NCBI GenBank assembly: GCA_910587765.1
Contig: CAJUNR010000021.1
Coordinates: 14,131 to 78,130, forward strand
Source of the DNA: an uncultured Lachnospiraceae bacterium
GTDB lineage: Bacteria > Bacillota > Clostridia > Lachnospirales > Lachnospiraceae
Direction of reading: 5' to 3'
DNA: 64,000 bases
Within the stretch, counting starts at the first letter, position 1. Each line of letters begins with the position of its first letter. The notes below the pieces were generated by a model. The model had not been told where the DNA came from. It ran no database searches and was given only the letters and a program-made list of their open reading frames with translations. Made by a program: the position numbers and the translations under genes. Below are positions 9,203 through 21,082 of this stretch, one piece after another.

Positions 9203-10414
9203 ATGTTTCGGAAAATCCAGGATCATTTCAGAAAAAGACCAAATCTGTATATTGCCGCAGGTTCGCTGCTGGCGGGGACTGCAGTGATGTTTCCCGGCGC
9301 ATGGCTCCTTGTATACGGTGGGGAGGGCGGGGCGTCGGACCTGTCTTCTGCTCTTCTGGTCGGTATCCTGTTCGGTGTATTTTTGTTTTATCCGGCTGCG
9401 CTTACCTTCTGGAATCTGTGGCAGCTCTGCCGGCTGCGTTATCAGATGGAGGCGCTTAATACGGCAAGGATTACGGATGCCGTTACGATTCTCTGGGGCG
9501 CGGTCTGCGTCGTCTGCTATCTGATGATTTCGGATGTCCGTATGGAAGACTGGACGGAGACACTGGTCAATTCCCAGGTTCATACCCCCATTGCCACATG
9601 GACGATTCCCACGGTTGCCGCCATCGGGACCGTGGCGTTTGTGGGTTACCTGATTCTGCGTTTGATTCCGGTCAGGAAGCTGCCGCCGCTTTTTTGTGTC
9701 CTTGCCATGTCCGCTATGTATCTGGGGATCGGGCTTTGCGTTCTGTTCACTGTTCAGCTGGCAGGGGGTGAGTTTCTGCTGGCGGTTTATCCGTTCAATC
9801 TGCTTCTGGTATTTGGAAAGACCGTGCGGCAGGTATGCATGCAGCAGGAGCGGGCCCGCCGTTTTTCCGGACTTGCATTTCTGCTCATGTGGCCGCTGCT
9901 GGGTGTGCTGACCGCGATCCTGATCCTGTTCGGCCAGAAGCCGGACAGCCTGATTCAGGCGTGGACGCAGACCAGCGACTGGACGCTGTCGCTTCAGAAG
10001 GCGCCGCCCAATGTACTTTATGATGAGCATTACCTGTGTACGGTGGCCGCGGGAGGACACCCGAAGGTGGTCAGGCCCCTTCGGATGGGAGTACGCCATG
10101 GGCATCGGATCGTGGTGAACCGGCAGCTTCTGGTGGCCAACGCATTCGAGGACCTGCTGGCAGAGCGGATGCCGGGAGCACATCGGAGACTGCGGCATTT
10201 CTATGACCGTTATGGTTATCCCGTTGCCCGGCATATCCGGAGCCGCTGGATGGCGGACCTTGTATATTTTATCATGAAGCCGCTGGAATATTTTTTTGTG
10301 ACGGTGCTGTATCTTTTTGATACACAGCCGGAGAATCGGATTGCCATGCAGTATCTGGGCGGGGATTTTTCGGAACGGAAACGTACAGTACAGGTCGGAA
10401 ATACAATGTTTTGA
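9203..10414 (+). CDS. Conserved membrane protein (DUF6688-like)
   Basis: Multi-TM N-half; HYLCTVAAGGH and VNRQLLVANAFE motifs. Confidence 0.7.
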   Translation: MFRKIQDHFRKRPNLYIAAGSLLAGTAVMFPGAWLLVYGGEGGASDLSSALLVGILFGVFLFYPAALTFWNLWQLCRLRYQMEALNTARITDAVTILWGAVCVVCYLMISDVRMEDWTETLVNSQVHTPIATWTIPTVAAIGTVAFVGYLILRLIPVRKLPPLFCVLAMSAMYLGIGLCVLFTVQLAGGEFLLAVYPFNLLLVFGKTVRQVCMQQERARRFSGLAFLLMWPLLGVLTAILILFGQKPDSLIQAWTQTSDWTLSLQKAPPNVLYDEHYLCTVAAGGHPKVVRPLRMGVRHGHRIVVNRQLLVANAFEDLLAERMPGAHRRLRHFYDRYGYPVARHIRSRWMADLVYFIMKPLEYFFVTVLYLFDTQPENRIAMQYLGGDFSERKRTVQVGNTMF

Positions 10415-10439
10415 CACCTGAGAGAATGGAGGAACACTC

Positions 10440-11213
10440 ATGAGAATTTTGATGATACGCCATGGAGACCCGGACTATGAACATGATTCCCTGACAGAGA
10501 CCGGGAAAAAAGAGGCGGCGCTGCTGGCGGAGACCGCAGGCGGCCTGCATCTGGGCGACTGCTTTGTCTCGCCTCTTGGCCGGGCAAAGGAGACGGCGTC
10601 CTATACGCTGAAGAAACTGGGGCTTAAGGCGGAGACGCTGGACTGGCTGCAGGAATTTCCGGCAAAGCTTGATATCAATGATTCCGAAGAACTCCAGCGG
10701 GCTTATCCGGATACCAGAAAGGAAGGGGAGCGGTTCGCGTCCCGAATCGTCTGGGATATGATGCCGTCCTATTACCTGACTCATCCGGAATACATGGACC
10801 GGGAGGGTTGGAAAACTTCCGCGGTCGCCGCGCACAGCGATATCGTTTCGGTATATAAGAATGTGATCGAACATTTTGACCGGCTGCTTGCCGGATACGG
10901 CTATGTGCGGGAGGGCATGCATTACCGGGTGGAAAAGGCGAACACGGATACGATCACTTTTTTCTGCCATTTTGGACTGACCTGTGTGCTGCTGTCCCAC
11001 CTGATCAATGTGTCGCCCTTTGCCCTCTGGCATGGACTGGTGCTGGCGCCCACTTCTGTGACGGAGATTACCACGGAAGAGCGGGAACGGGGAATCGCCA
11101 TGTTCCGCAGCCAGCGCATGGGGGACGTCCATCATCTTCTGGCAGGCGGGACCGGGCCGTCCTTTGCGGCCAGATTCTGCGAGACTTATGACAATATGGA
11201 GCAGAGACACTGA
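10440..11213 (+). CDS. Histidine phosphatase family protein
   Basis: IRHGDPDY and FVSPLGRAKET motifs. Confidence 0.9.
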   Translation: MRILMIRHGDPDYEHDSLTETGKKEAALLAETAGGLHLGDCFVSPLGRAKETASYTLKKLGLKAETLDWLQEFPAKLDINDSEELQRAYPDTRKEGERFASRIVWDMMPSYYLTHPEYMDREGWKTSAVAAHSDIVSVYKNVIEHFDRLLAGYGYVREGMHYRVEKANTDTITFFCHFGLTCVLLSHLINVSPFALWHGLVLAPTSVTEITTEERERGIAMFRSQRMGDVHHLLAGGTGPSFAARFCETYDNMEQRH

Positions 11214-11288
11214 CGGCGCCGCTGTTCACACCCACGTCCGGGCCGGCATCTACGAACGTGTGGATGATCGGGACAGCGGCGCATCTGC

Positions 11289-11341
11289 TTGACAGCGCTC
11301 CTGCTTTTTGCTATATTTAAAAAATAAATAAATATTGAAAA
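11289..11341 (+). promoter_or_regulatory. SigA promoter and putative operator of BlaI-M56 island 1
   Basis: TTGACA-17-TATATT followed by AAATA-NN-TATTGAAAA. Confidence 0.7.
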
Positions 11342-11383
11342 AATATAAAAAACTATTGAAATAAAAAACGGAGGTGCGCGAAC

Positions 11384-11764
11384 ATGGAAAAACAGATGAC
11401 GCCGGCGGAAGAAGTCATCATGCAATGTCTGTGGGAATCGGGAGAGGATCTGACGGTCTATGAGCTCACAGAGCGTCTGAGGGAGCATTATGGGAAGGAC
11501 TATGCCAACAACGCCGTTGCCACATTCATGAAAAATCTGCTGAACAGAGGGCTGGTCAGCCGTTATAAAAAGCATCACTCTCATCAGTGGCATCCGGAGA
11601 TCAATATGGATGATTATCGGGATCAGAAGCTTCACAGCTTTCGGAAGCAGTGGTACCGGGGTTCCGGCGTCGGCATGCTGGCTTCCCTTGTGGAAACCTC
11701 TGACCTTACAAAAGAAGATGTAAAGAAAATGAAGGAGCTTCTGGATGAATATATGGATGAATGA
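11384..11764 (+). CDS. BlaI/MecI/CopY family repressor, copy 1
   Basis: MTPAEEVIMQCLW and VATFMKNLLNRGLV motifs; C-terminal dimerisation helix. Confidence 0.92.
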   Translation: MEKQMTPAEEVIMQCLWESGEDLTVYELTERLREHYGKDYANNAVATFMKNLLNRGLVSRYKKHHSHQWHPEINMDDYRDQKLHSFRKQWYRGSGVGMLASLVETSDLTKEDVKKMKELLDEYMDE

Positions 11765-13121
11765 GTTGTGGATCCGGCTGGATATCCTGCTGCTTTTTAA
11801 CTTCCTGACGGGCATTGCTGCATATCTGATCTGGCGTCTGACCGTCCGGCTGTGGAAGGGCCGCTGTCCGGTCCGGTATCTGCACCGGGGACTGCAGGGG
11901 GTGATTCTCTGTTTCTGCGTGCCGGCCGCTTATACGCTGGTGTATCTGCACTTTAGAGATCTTGACGGTTCCTGGAACGGTAATTTTATGAACGGCACCG
12001 GTTTCCTCATGCGGGCGGCTTTCGGAACCGCCGCCGCCTGGTTCCTGGGCGCCCTTGTATCTGCGGTCCGCTGCGGAAGGGAATTATACCGGGAGCGCCC
12101 GGTAAAGAGTGCGGTTGTCTCGGAAGAGCAAAGTGAGGTCCGGGTCCTCCGGCAGCTTGGCAAAATCATGGGGATCCGGCGGCGGATTCCGGTCTGCCGG
12201 GGAGAGCGGCTGACGCCGGCCATCGGAGGATTTTTGCGCACCAGGCTGTATCTGGGGACGGAACTCCTGGAAGAGGAAGAGCTGCGGATGATCTTCCGCC
12301 ATGAACTGTATCATTACAGGCATGGAGATATATGGATCCGGAGGCTGCTGCTCCTGCTTCGGATTGTATGGTGGTTCTGCCCGTGGTTCACATGCGGGAA
12401 GATCAGCGAGGAATACCGAAGACTCAGTGAAGATTATGTGGATGAAGAGGTCTGCCGAGAGGAAGATATGGGCAGATATATACGGACTCTGCTGAAAACT
12501 GCTTTGCAGGGTGCGGAAAGGATGCATCTGACGCAGGCGACGGCTGCGGAAAACAGGTGCGATGTTTTAAGGAGGATAGAGAATATGAAGAGTTTACATA
12601 ATAAAAAGAATATGACCCGTACCATGGCGGCTGTATGGACTACAGTCTGTCTGCTCATGGGAAGCACGACCGTATATGCGGCCGGCGCCGGCGTAATCGA
12701 AGGGTATGAGGCGCTGTATAAGGCGACGGTGGTGGAAGTTGAGGAGCAGGCAATAGAGGAACAGTATATAGAATATCGGGAAGAACCGGATGACGGCTGG
12801 GTGGCGGAAGAAGGGGAAGTGATGGATGACGGACGTTCTTCGACAGTGCCTTTTGAATGGACAGTGGGAGCGAATGCGTCAAAGAAAACCCCATCCTTTG
12901 AGATGTCTTCCGGTGGATATATTACAGTCAGTGTATCAGTGGAGCCGACGGACTTGAAGGTAAACGTTGGAATTGTGGAGCCGAATGGAGGAAAGAGATA
13001 CATTACCGGTTCTGGTAGAATAACCCATACTTTTTCACTGGATCAAAGCGGCAGTTACAGTGTGTTTGTAGAGAATACAAATAACCAGAAGGTATATGTG
13101 GAGGGGGGTTATATAAAGTAA
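11745..13121 (+). CDS. M56 family (BlaR1-like) metallopeptidase with non-PBP C-terminal ectodomain, copy 1
   Basis: HELYH zinc motif, VWWFCP, LRRI; overlaps the blaI stop; true start may be ATG 11757. Confidence 0.88.
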   Translation: MNIWMNELWIRLDILLLFNFLTGIAAYLIWRLTVRLWKGRCPVRYLHRGLQGVILCFCVPAAYTLVYLHFRDLDGSWNGNFMNGTGFLMRAAFGTAAAWFLGALVSAVRCGRELYRERPVKSAVVSEEQSEVRVLRQLGKIMGIRRRIPVCRGERLTPAIGGFLRTRLYLGTELLEEEELRMIFRHELYHYRHGDIWIRRLLLLLRIVWWFCPWFTCGKISEEYRRLSEDYVDEEVCREEDMGRYIRTLLKTALQGAERMHLTQATAAENRCDVLRRIENMKSLHNKKNMTRTMAAVWTTVCLLMGSTTVYAAGAGVIEGYEALYKATVVEVEEQAIEEQYIEYREEPDDGWVAEEGEVMDDGRSSTVPFEWTVGANASKKTPSFEMSSGGYITVSVSVEPTDLKVNVGIVEPNGGKRYITGSGRITHTFSLDQSGSYSVFVENTNNQKVYVEGGYIK

Positions 13122-13127
13122 TCTCCC

Positions 13128-13159
13128 GGCTTCTTTGTGCATGCGTGTACAAAGAAGCC
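13128..13159 (+). terminator. Hairpin after M56 copy 1
   Basis: GGCTTCTTTGT/ACAAAGAAGCC; conserved at 33569-33600; no U-tract. Confidence 0.55.
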
Positions 13160-13171
13160 ATCGCTTAAAAC

Positions 13172-13199
13172 ATATTTTTCAATATATATTGAAAAATAT
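13172..13199. promoter_or_regulatory. 28-bp perfect palindrome, putative BlaI-family operator
   Basis: ATATTTTTCAATATATATTGAAAAATAT. Confidence 0.75.
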
Positions 13200-13348
13200 T
13201 AAATATATGTTGAATACAGTGAAAACTATGATGTTAAATTTGTTTGAAATGTTCGTTTATAGGGGAAACAGGAAAGGAGGGCGGCGGAAGATCCCTTATA
13301 TGTCGGATTGTTTTCAAAAATAAAATATTATTTTATGAAAGGTGAGAA

Positions 13349-14044
13349 ATGATGAAAAAATTTAAAATGTTAATTTCTGTTTTACTTCTGTTTGTTATGT
13401 GCAGTTCGGTAGTGTCCGCTGCTCCGGGTGCGGATACATGCATAACTGCTGATGGTTTGTCAGGAATAAAAATTTCAGATACCTCTGCAGATTATGTGAT
13501 TCCTGAGGATCTGAAAGAAGGTTCTTCTATTATTCAGGCAGAGGATTCTATGCTGCGTAATCAGATCGGGGAACCAATGGATCAGATGTACTTTTACTAT
13601 ATGTATTTGTACCCAATTGTAGGAAATCCTGAAACCGGAGACGTTAAAGTATTAAATGTTCCTCTTGCAGGCGGCGCCTATCAGACAAGACAGTATTTTT
13701 CCGTTGAACATACATCAGCTGAAACAGTACAGATGTATCAGAAGGTTATCGAGCAGGGATATGATATGCTTGGGTGGCAGGCGAAGATTCAGTTCCGTTT
13801 TGATTTTATAACACCTGTGTCATGGGTCAGAATGCAGAATTATCAGAATCCGGTAGAAGAAAATGTTCCACAGCCGCATAACGCTTATCAGACATATATT
13901 TACACGTTTAATTCATATTTTCAGACTAATCCATTGGAACAGTATACCATATCGTTTTCCGGAACTGTTCATCATTTTGATAAATATGATAAAAAAACAG
14001 AGGATGTACCGTTTCATGCAGGCGTTTATTTTAATATGGATTAA
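13349..14044 (+). CDS. Hypothetical secreted protein
   Basis: Sec signal MMKKFK...VSA/A; AAAGGTGA RBS. Confidence 0.8.
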   Translation: MMKKFKMLISVLLLFVMCSSVVSAAPGADTCITADGLSGIKISDTSADYVIPEDLKEGSSIIQAEDSMLRNQIGEPMDQMYFYYMYLYPIVGNPETGDVKVLNVPLAGGAYQTRQYFSVEHTSAETVQMYQKVIEQGYDMLGWQAKIQFRFDFITPVSWVRMQNYQNPVEENVPQPHNAYQTYIYTFNSYFQTNPLEQYTISFSGTVHHFDKYDKKTEDVPFHAGVYFNMD

Positions 14045-14058
14045 TAAGGAGTATTATT

Positions 14059-14583
14059 ATGACAATCAGAACGATCAATGGCTTTCAGGTCTATGCAGTG
14101 ACCCGCAATGAGGTGGAATACAAACCGTCCTATTTTCAGCAGCAGGCGGAAAAATGGGTGGAAGGTGCAAAGAGGGACCAGCTGTCAGAAGAAGAACTGG
14201 ATGCGCTCAAAAAGAAATACAATTCAAGAAATATGTCCAGAGAAGAAACGGTGGCGTTGCTGGGAGAGCTTGTGGAGGCTGGTATTATGACCCGGAGCAC
14301 TGCCAGAGACATCTACTGCGGGGCCGTCCCTCTGGACGTCAGTAAGATCAATCCGACAAAGACCCAGGGGACACTGACCAAAAGCAGCGCTTCGATGAAC
14401 AGCGGACTGAATCTTCCCGGTGCGCTGGGCGGCCTGGGTGCGATGTTCGGAACCTGCGGCCTGTCAGCTTACAAAAACTGGTATGAGTATGCGAAATCCT
14501 CTACAGATGTGGATGTGAGCCAGTCGGCGTATTTTCAGGACTGCAATAAATACCTTGAGATTCTGGAACAGTTAAGCGCATAG
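14059..14583 (+). CDS. Hypothetical protein (no signal peptide)
   Basis: TAAGGAG RBS; 174-aa ORF within the operon. Confidence 0.8.
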   Translation: MTIRTINGFQVYAVTRNEVEYKPSYFQQQAEKWVEGAKRDQLSEEELDALKKKYNSRNMSREETVALLGELVEAGIMTRSTARDIYCGAVPLDVSKINPTKTQGTLTKSSASMNSGLNLPGALGGLGAMFGTCGLSAYKNWYEYAKSSTDVDVSQSAYFQDCNKYLEILEQLSA

Positions 14584-14630
14584 GCAGGATTTTAACTTTA
14601 TAGAAAATATTTGAAAGGAATATAAATCAA

Positions 14631-15122
14631 ATGAAAAAATATGCGGCATTATTCATGTCAGTTATTATGTTAATGATATTTTCAACAACAGCATTTGCAG
14701 CAGAAGGGAATGCTTCTGATCTAAGCGGTATATTTACAGAAAGCACCTGTATTAATATTACCGGAATAGAAAATGAAGAGGCAGTTACAAAAGCCTGGCC
14801 GGGATCAGGGCCTGCTGCTCAAATATCAAGTGTATCCATTGAGCAGATAGGATTTCTGGATGTAGAAGGTCATGAGGGGAATGTGGGCATTTTGGTCAAG
14901 GTAATGGGACATGGGCGAGATTATGCCAAATATGATAATGTTTCTGTAGATTATTTTATGCGTGATCACATTATTTTGAGCGGAACTCTGGTAGATGGCT
15001 GGTACTATCTTTATGATTGCGGGACTCCCGTATTGGGCGACCATAGATTCGACATAAAGATGGTTTCTCATAATTATCCTTATACAGAAGGGACAGCATG
15101 GGCTACATTTACAATTAATTAG
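14631..15122 (+). CDS. Hypothetical secreted protein (weak resemblance to YolA/DUF4879)
   Basis: Sec signal ending AFA/A; beta-rich mature part; family similarity is from pattern memory only. Confidence 0.75.
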   Translation: MKKYAALFMSVIMLMIFSTTAFAAEGNASDLSGIFTESTCINITGIENEEAVTKAWPGSGPAAQISSVSIEQIGFLDVEGHEGNVGILVKVMGHGRDYAKYDNVSVDYFMRDHIILSGTLVDGWYYLYDCGTPVLGDHRFDIKMVSHNYPYTEGTAWATFTIN

Positions 15123-15137
15123 ACGAGAGGAAAGAAA

Positions 15138-15719
15138 ATGAGTATATTGGGTTTACAGAGCAGCCTGACTTCTGCGTCAGGATATTCGTCCGTCTTCGGT
15201 TCTGGAAACATGAAAGAAACTGTGTTTCGGGGAAGTATTTCCGGCAGGCAGCCGTCCGCTGCCGGAGGCGGAACCTTTCATGGGACTTTAAAAATGGGGT
15301 TTCTGCACAGTGAGTTCAGTCCGGTTACCGGACAGGAACTTCATATGAAATATGACGACAGTTCCACCGAGGAAGATCCGGTGATGCTTGTGGAGGGAAA
15401 AGACATTCAGGGAAATGATTTTGTGAAAAAAATTCATTTGAACGATGTGGATCCGGAAAATGCGACCCCTGCGGAGATGACGGCGCTTCGTGTTCATCTG
15501 GCGCAGCAGGGAGACAGGAGTGTGAAGACCAGCAGCGGGATTCCTCTGAAAGCGCTGAGCAGCCGTCACAATGTAAATTCTTCCATGAACTTCAGACAGT
15601 ATTACGAAGGCTGGGCGTCTAATCTGGAACACGCAGGATTGCACCAGAATGCGGACCTGTACAGAAGTGAGCTGGAGCGGTATCTTTTTTACCATCGCGT
15701 CCATTGGAAGGACAGTTAA
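15138..15719 (+). CDS. Hypothetical protein (no signal peptide)
   Basis: GAGG RBS; DVDPENATPAEMTAL motif; homologous 3' remnant at 35079-35159. Confidence 0.8.
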   Translation: MSILGLQSSLTSASGYSSVFGSGNMKETVFRGSISGRQPSAAGGGTFHGTLKMGFLHSEFSPVTGQELHMKYDDSSTEEDPVMLVEGKDIQGNDFVKKIHLNDVDPENATPAEMTALRVHLAQQGDRSVKTSSGIPLKALSSRHNVNSSMNFRQYYEGWASNLEHAGLHQNADLYRSELERYLFYHRVHWKDS

Positions 15720-15730
15720 AAAGAAATTTC

Positions 15731-15770
15731 ACTGCCTGCTTTTCAGGGAAGTCCTGAAAGCAGGCAGTTT
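15731..15770 (+). terminator. Terminator-like hairpin closing island 1
   Basis: ACTGCCTGCTTT..CAGG/CCTGAAAGCAGGCAGT. Confidence 0.65.
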
Positions 15771-15971
15771 CAAATCCATAAAGACTTTTTAGCTGTATTC
15801 GGGATTCCGGCATTTGTTCTTGAAAACATTCGCATGTACATAGATTGGCCTGCAACGGATGAAATATCCTGTAATGTCAATTGCTTCAGGAAATTTGTGC
15901 AATGCACATATAATATATTGACGTTATGTGCTACAAGTACTATAATGTTGGAAAGAAAGGGGGCTGTTATT

Positions 15972-16247
15972 ATGGCAACAACGAACATAACTATACGGAT
16001 TGATGAGAATTTAAAGGCTCAGCTGCAGGAGCTGGTTTCGAATCTTGGTATGGACATGACGACTTTTTTTACAATATCGGCGAAGCAGGCAGTGAGGGAA
16101 CAACGGATTCCATTCACAGTTTCTATGAACATTCCTAATGAGGAAACAAAGGAAGCAATAGAAGAAGTGCGGCAAATGAAGCGGAATCCTTCATATGGAA
16201 AGGCTTACACGGATGTGGACGAAATGATGAGGGATTTGCTGGAATGA
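15972..16247 (+). CDS. RelB/DinJ family antitoxin
   Basis: TNITIRIDENLK RHH strand, LGMDMTTF, RIPF and PNEET; start re-called at 15972. Confidence 0.88.
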   Translation: MATTNITIRIDENLKAQLQELVSNLGMDMTTFFTISAKQAVREQRIPFTVSMNIPNEETKEAIEEVRQMKRNPSYGKAYTDVDEMMRDLLE

Positions 16248-16321
16248 AATATATCATAAAACCAACTACCAGATTTCAAAAGGATTTAAAGAGGATAAAA
16301 AGAAGAGGGTATGATATTTCG
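16244..16321 (+). pseudogene. Truncated YafQ/RelE-family toxin
   Basis: MKYIIKPTTRFQKDLKRIKRRGYDIS matches the YafQ N-terminus; similarity stops at the convergent RpiR stop codon. Confidence 0.8.
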
Positions 16322-17209
16322 TCATTCCGCAAGATCTTCATTCGTTGCGATCCGTGCGCCTTCCAGGGCTTTTCCGTTGTTGATCTTTGTATTCAGATTC
16401 TCCTGATAGGAAAGAGAAAAGCACGTAGAAAACAGGATGTCCAGTATAAACTCGACGGATTTTTCCGTGGCAAAGGTTGAGATCTTGCTGTAAAGCTTTT
16501 CACGGGAGGAGATCGAGAAGGTATAGCGGGCGTGCATGCGCAGCTTGTTATTTCCCACGCTGGTAATCGCGATGACCGGCACCTGCCGGGATTCGAGAAT
16601 GGGCAGCAGGTTCACCGGTTCACGGGTTTCCGTATTGCCGGAGTAGGAGATCAGAATCGCGCAGTCTTCGCCGGTCAGAGAGGAGGCAAGAAGTCCGGAG
16701 TCATTGCGGAGAGGGATCTCCACCTGTTTTCCGATCGTCATCATGCGGCGCTGAAAAAGTTCTCCGACCAGAATATTCGGGTTCATGCCAAAGAGGGCAG
16801 TGCGGCGGGATTTCACCAGCAGATCCGCCGCTTTTTTCATGGTGTGAGGGTTCAGAAGGTCCGCTGTATCCAGGATGCTTTCCACCTGCAGGCTGGACAT
16901 TTTCCGGATAATGTCGGGAATGGTGTCGTCGCCGGTAAATGGAAAATTCGGATCAATATCGGAATAATGGCTCTCCTGATAGTGCTGCTCCGCCGCGAAT
17001 GCTCCTGCAAATTCTTTCCATCCCTGGTAGCCCAGCGCTTTGGCGAACCGGACAAGCGCCGCCTTGGAAGTATAAGTCTCGTCAGCAATCTGCTGCGTCG
17101 TATATTCACTCACATGGCTCTTTTTTCTCAAAACAAATTCACCGATGGACTTTTTCGAACTGTTCTGGCTGGTCACGGTCAGCTCTTCCACACGCTGGAA
17201 CAAAGTCAT
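16322..17209 (-). CDS. MurR/RpiR family transcriptional regulator
   Basis: SKAALVRFAKALGYQGWKEF HTH; SIS domain ISYSG. Confidence 0.92.
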   Translation of the reverse strand: MTLFQRVEELTVTSQNSSKKSIGEFVLRKKSHVSEYTTQQIADETYTSKAALVRFAKALGYQGWKEFAGAFAAEQHYQESHYSDIDPNFPFTGDDTIPDIIRKMSSLQVESILDTADLLNPHTMKKAADLLVKSRRTALFGMNPNILVGELFQRRMMTIGKQVEIPLRNDSGLLASSLTGEDCAILISYSGNTETREPVNLLPILESRQVPVIAITSVGNNKLRMHARYTFSISSREKLYSKISTFATEKSVEFILDILFSTCFSLSYQENLNTKINNGKALEGARIATNEDLAE

Positions 17210-17374
17210 GGATTTCCCCCTCCTCTATCGCAGATCTTCCCTGTTTCCCTGATTATAACAAGAATTGAAACAAACCGAAACAACAATTTTCCGAAAAAGA
17301 GCCAATGGCGGATGTTCGGTGAAACAGACCGAAACAGGGCCGGTTGAACCGGGAAAGCGGGATCGGTATAATAA

Positions 17375-20844
<3,470 letters not shown>

Positions 20845-20872
20845 AAAAAGAGCGGTTACGGCCGCTTTTTTT
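20845..20872 (+). terminator. Intrinsic terminator
   Basis: AAAGAGCGG/CCGCTTTTT plus T run. Confidence 0.7.
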
Positions 20873-21082
20873 CGTGTACATATTTGTTTCTTTCTATTCT
20901 ATGGCATTGATGGGTAGTCGGCGATTACTTTTCCGAAAAGATTTTCTTCGTTTACACCCGAAAAAAAGCGGTTATAATAAATTTACAGCCGCTTTTTCCG
21001 GGGGGATTTATTATCAGGAAAATTCCATACAGATGGAATTGCACAGTATTGATGGAATGGATTTTCAGGAGGGCTTCAATCT

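Noticed and set aside
12960..13121. Diversity-generating retroelement (VR/TR pair) explaining the variable M56 tips
   Set aside because: Differences are not adenine-specific, both copies are coding, and no reverse transcriptase is in the window
11384..13121. Beta-lactam resistance (blaI-blaR1-blaZ) locus
   Set aside because: The C-terminal domain is far too short and lacks PBP motifs; no beta-lactamase nearby
16244..16480. Full-length 78-aa toxin
   Set aside because: Beyond codon 26 the ORF is antisense read-through into the RpiR gene
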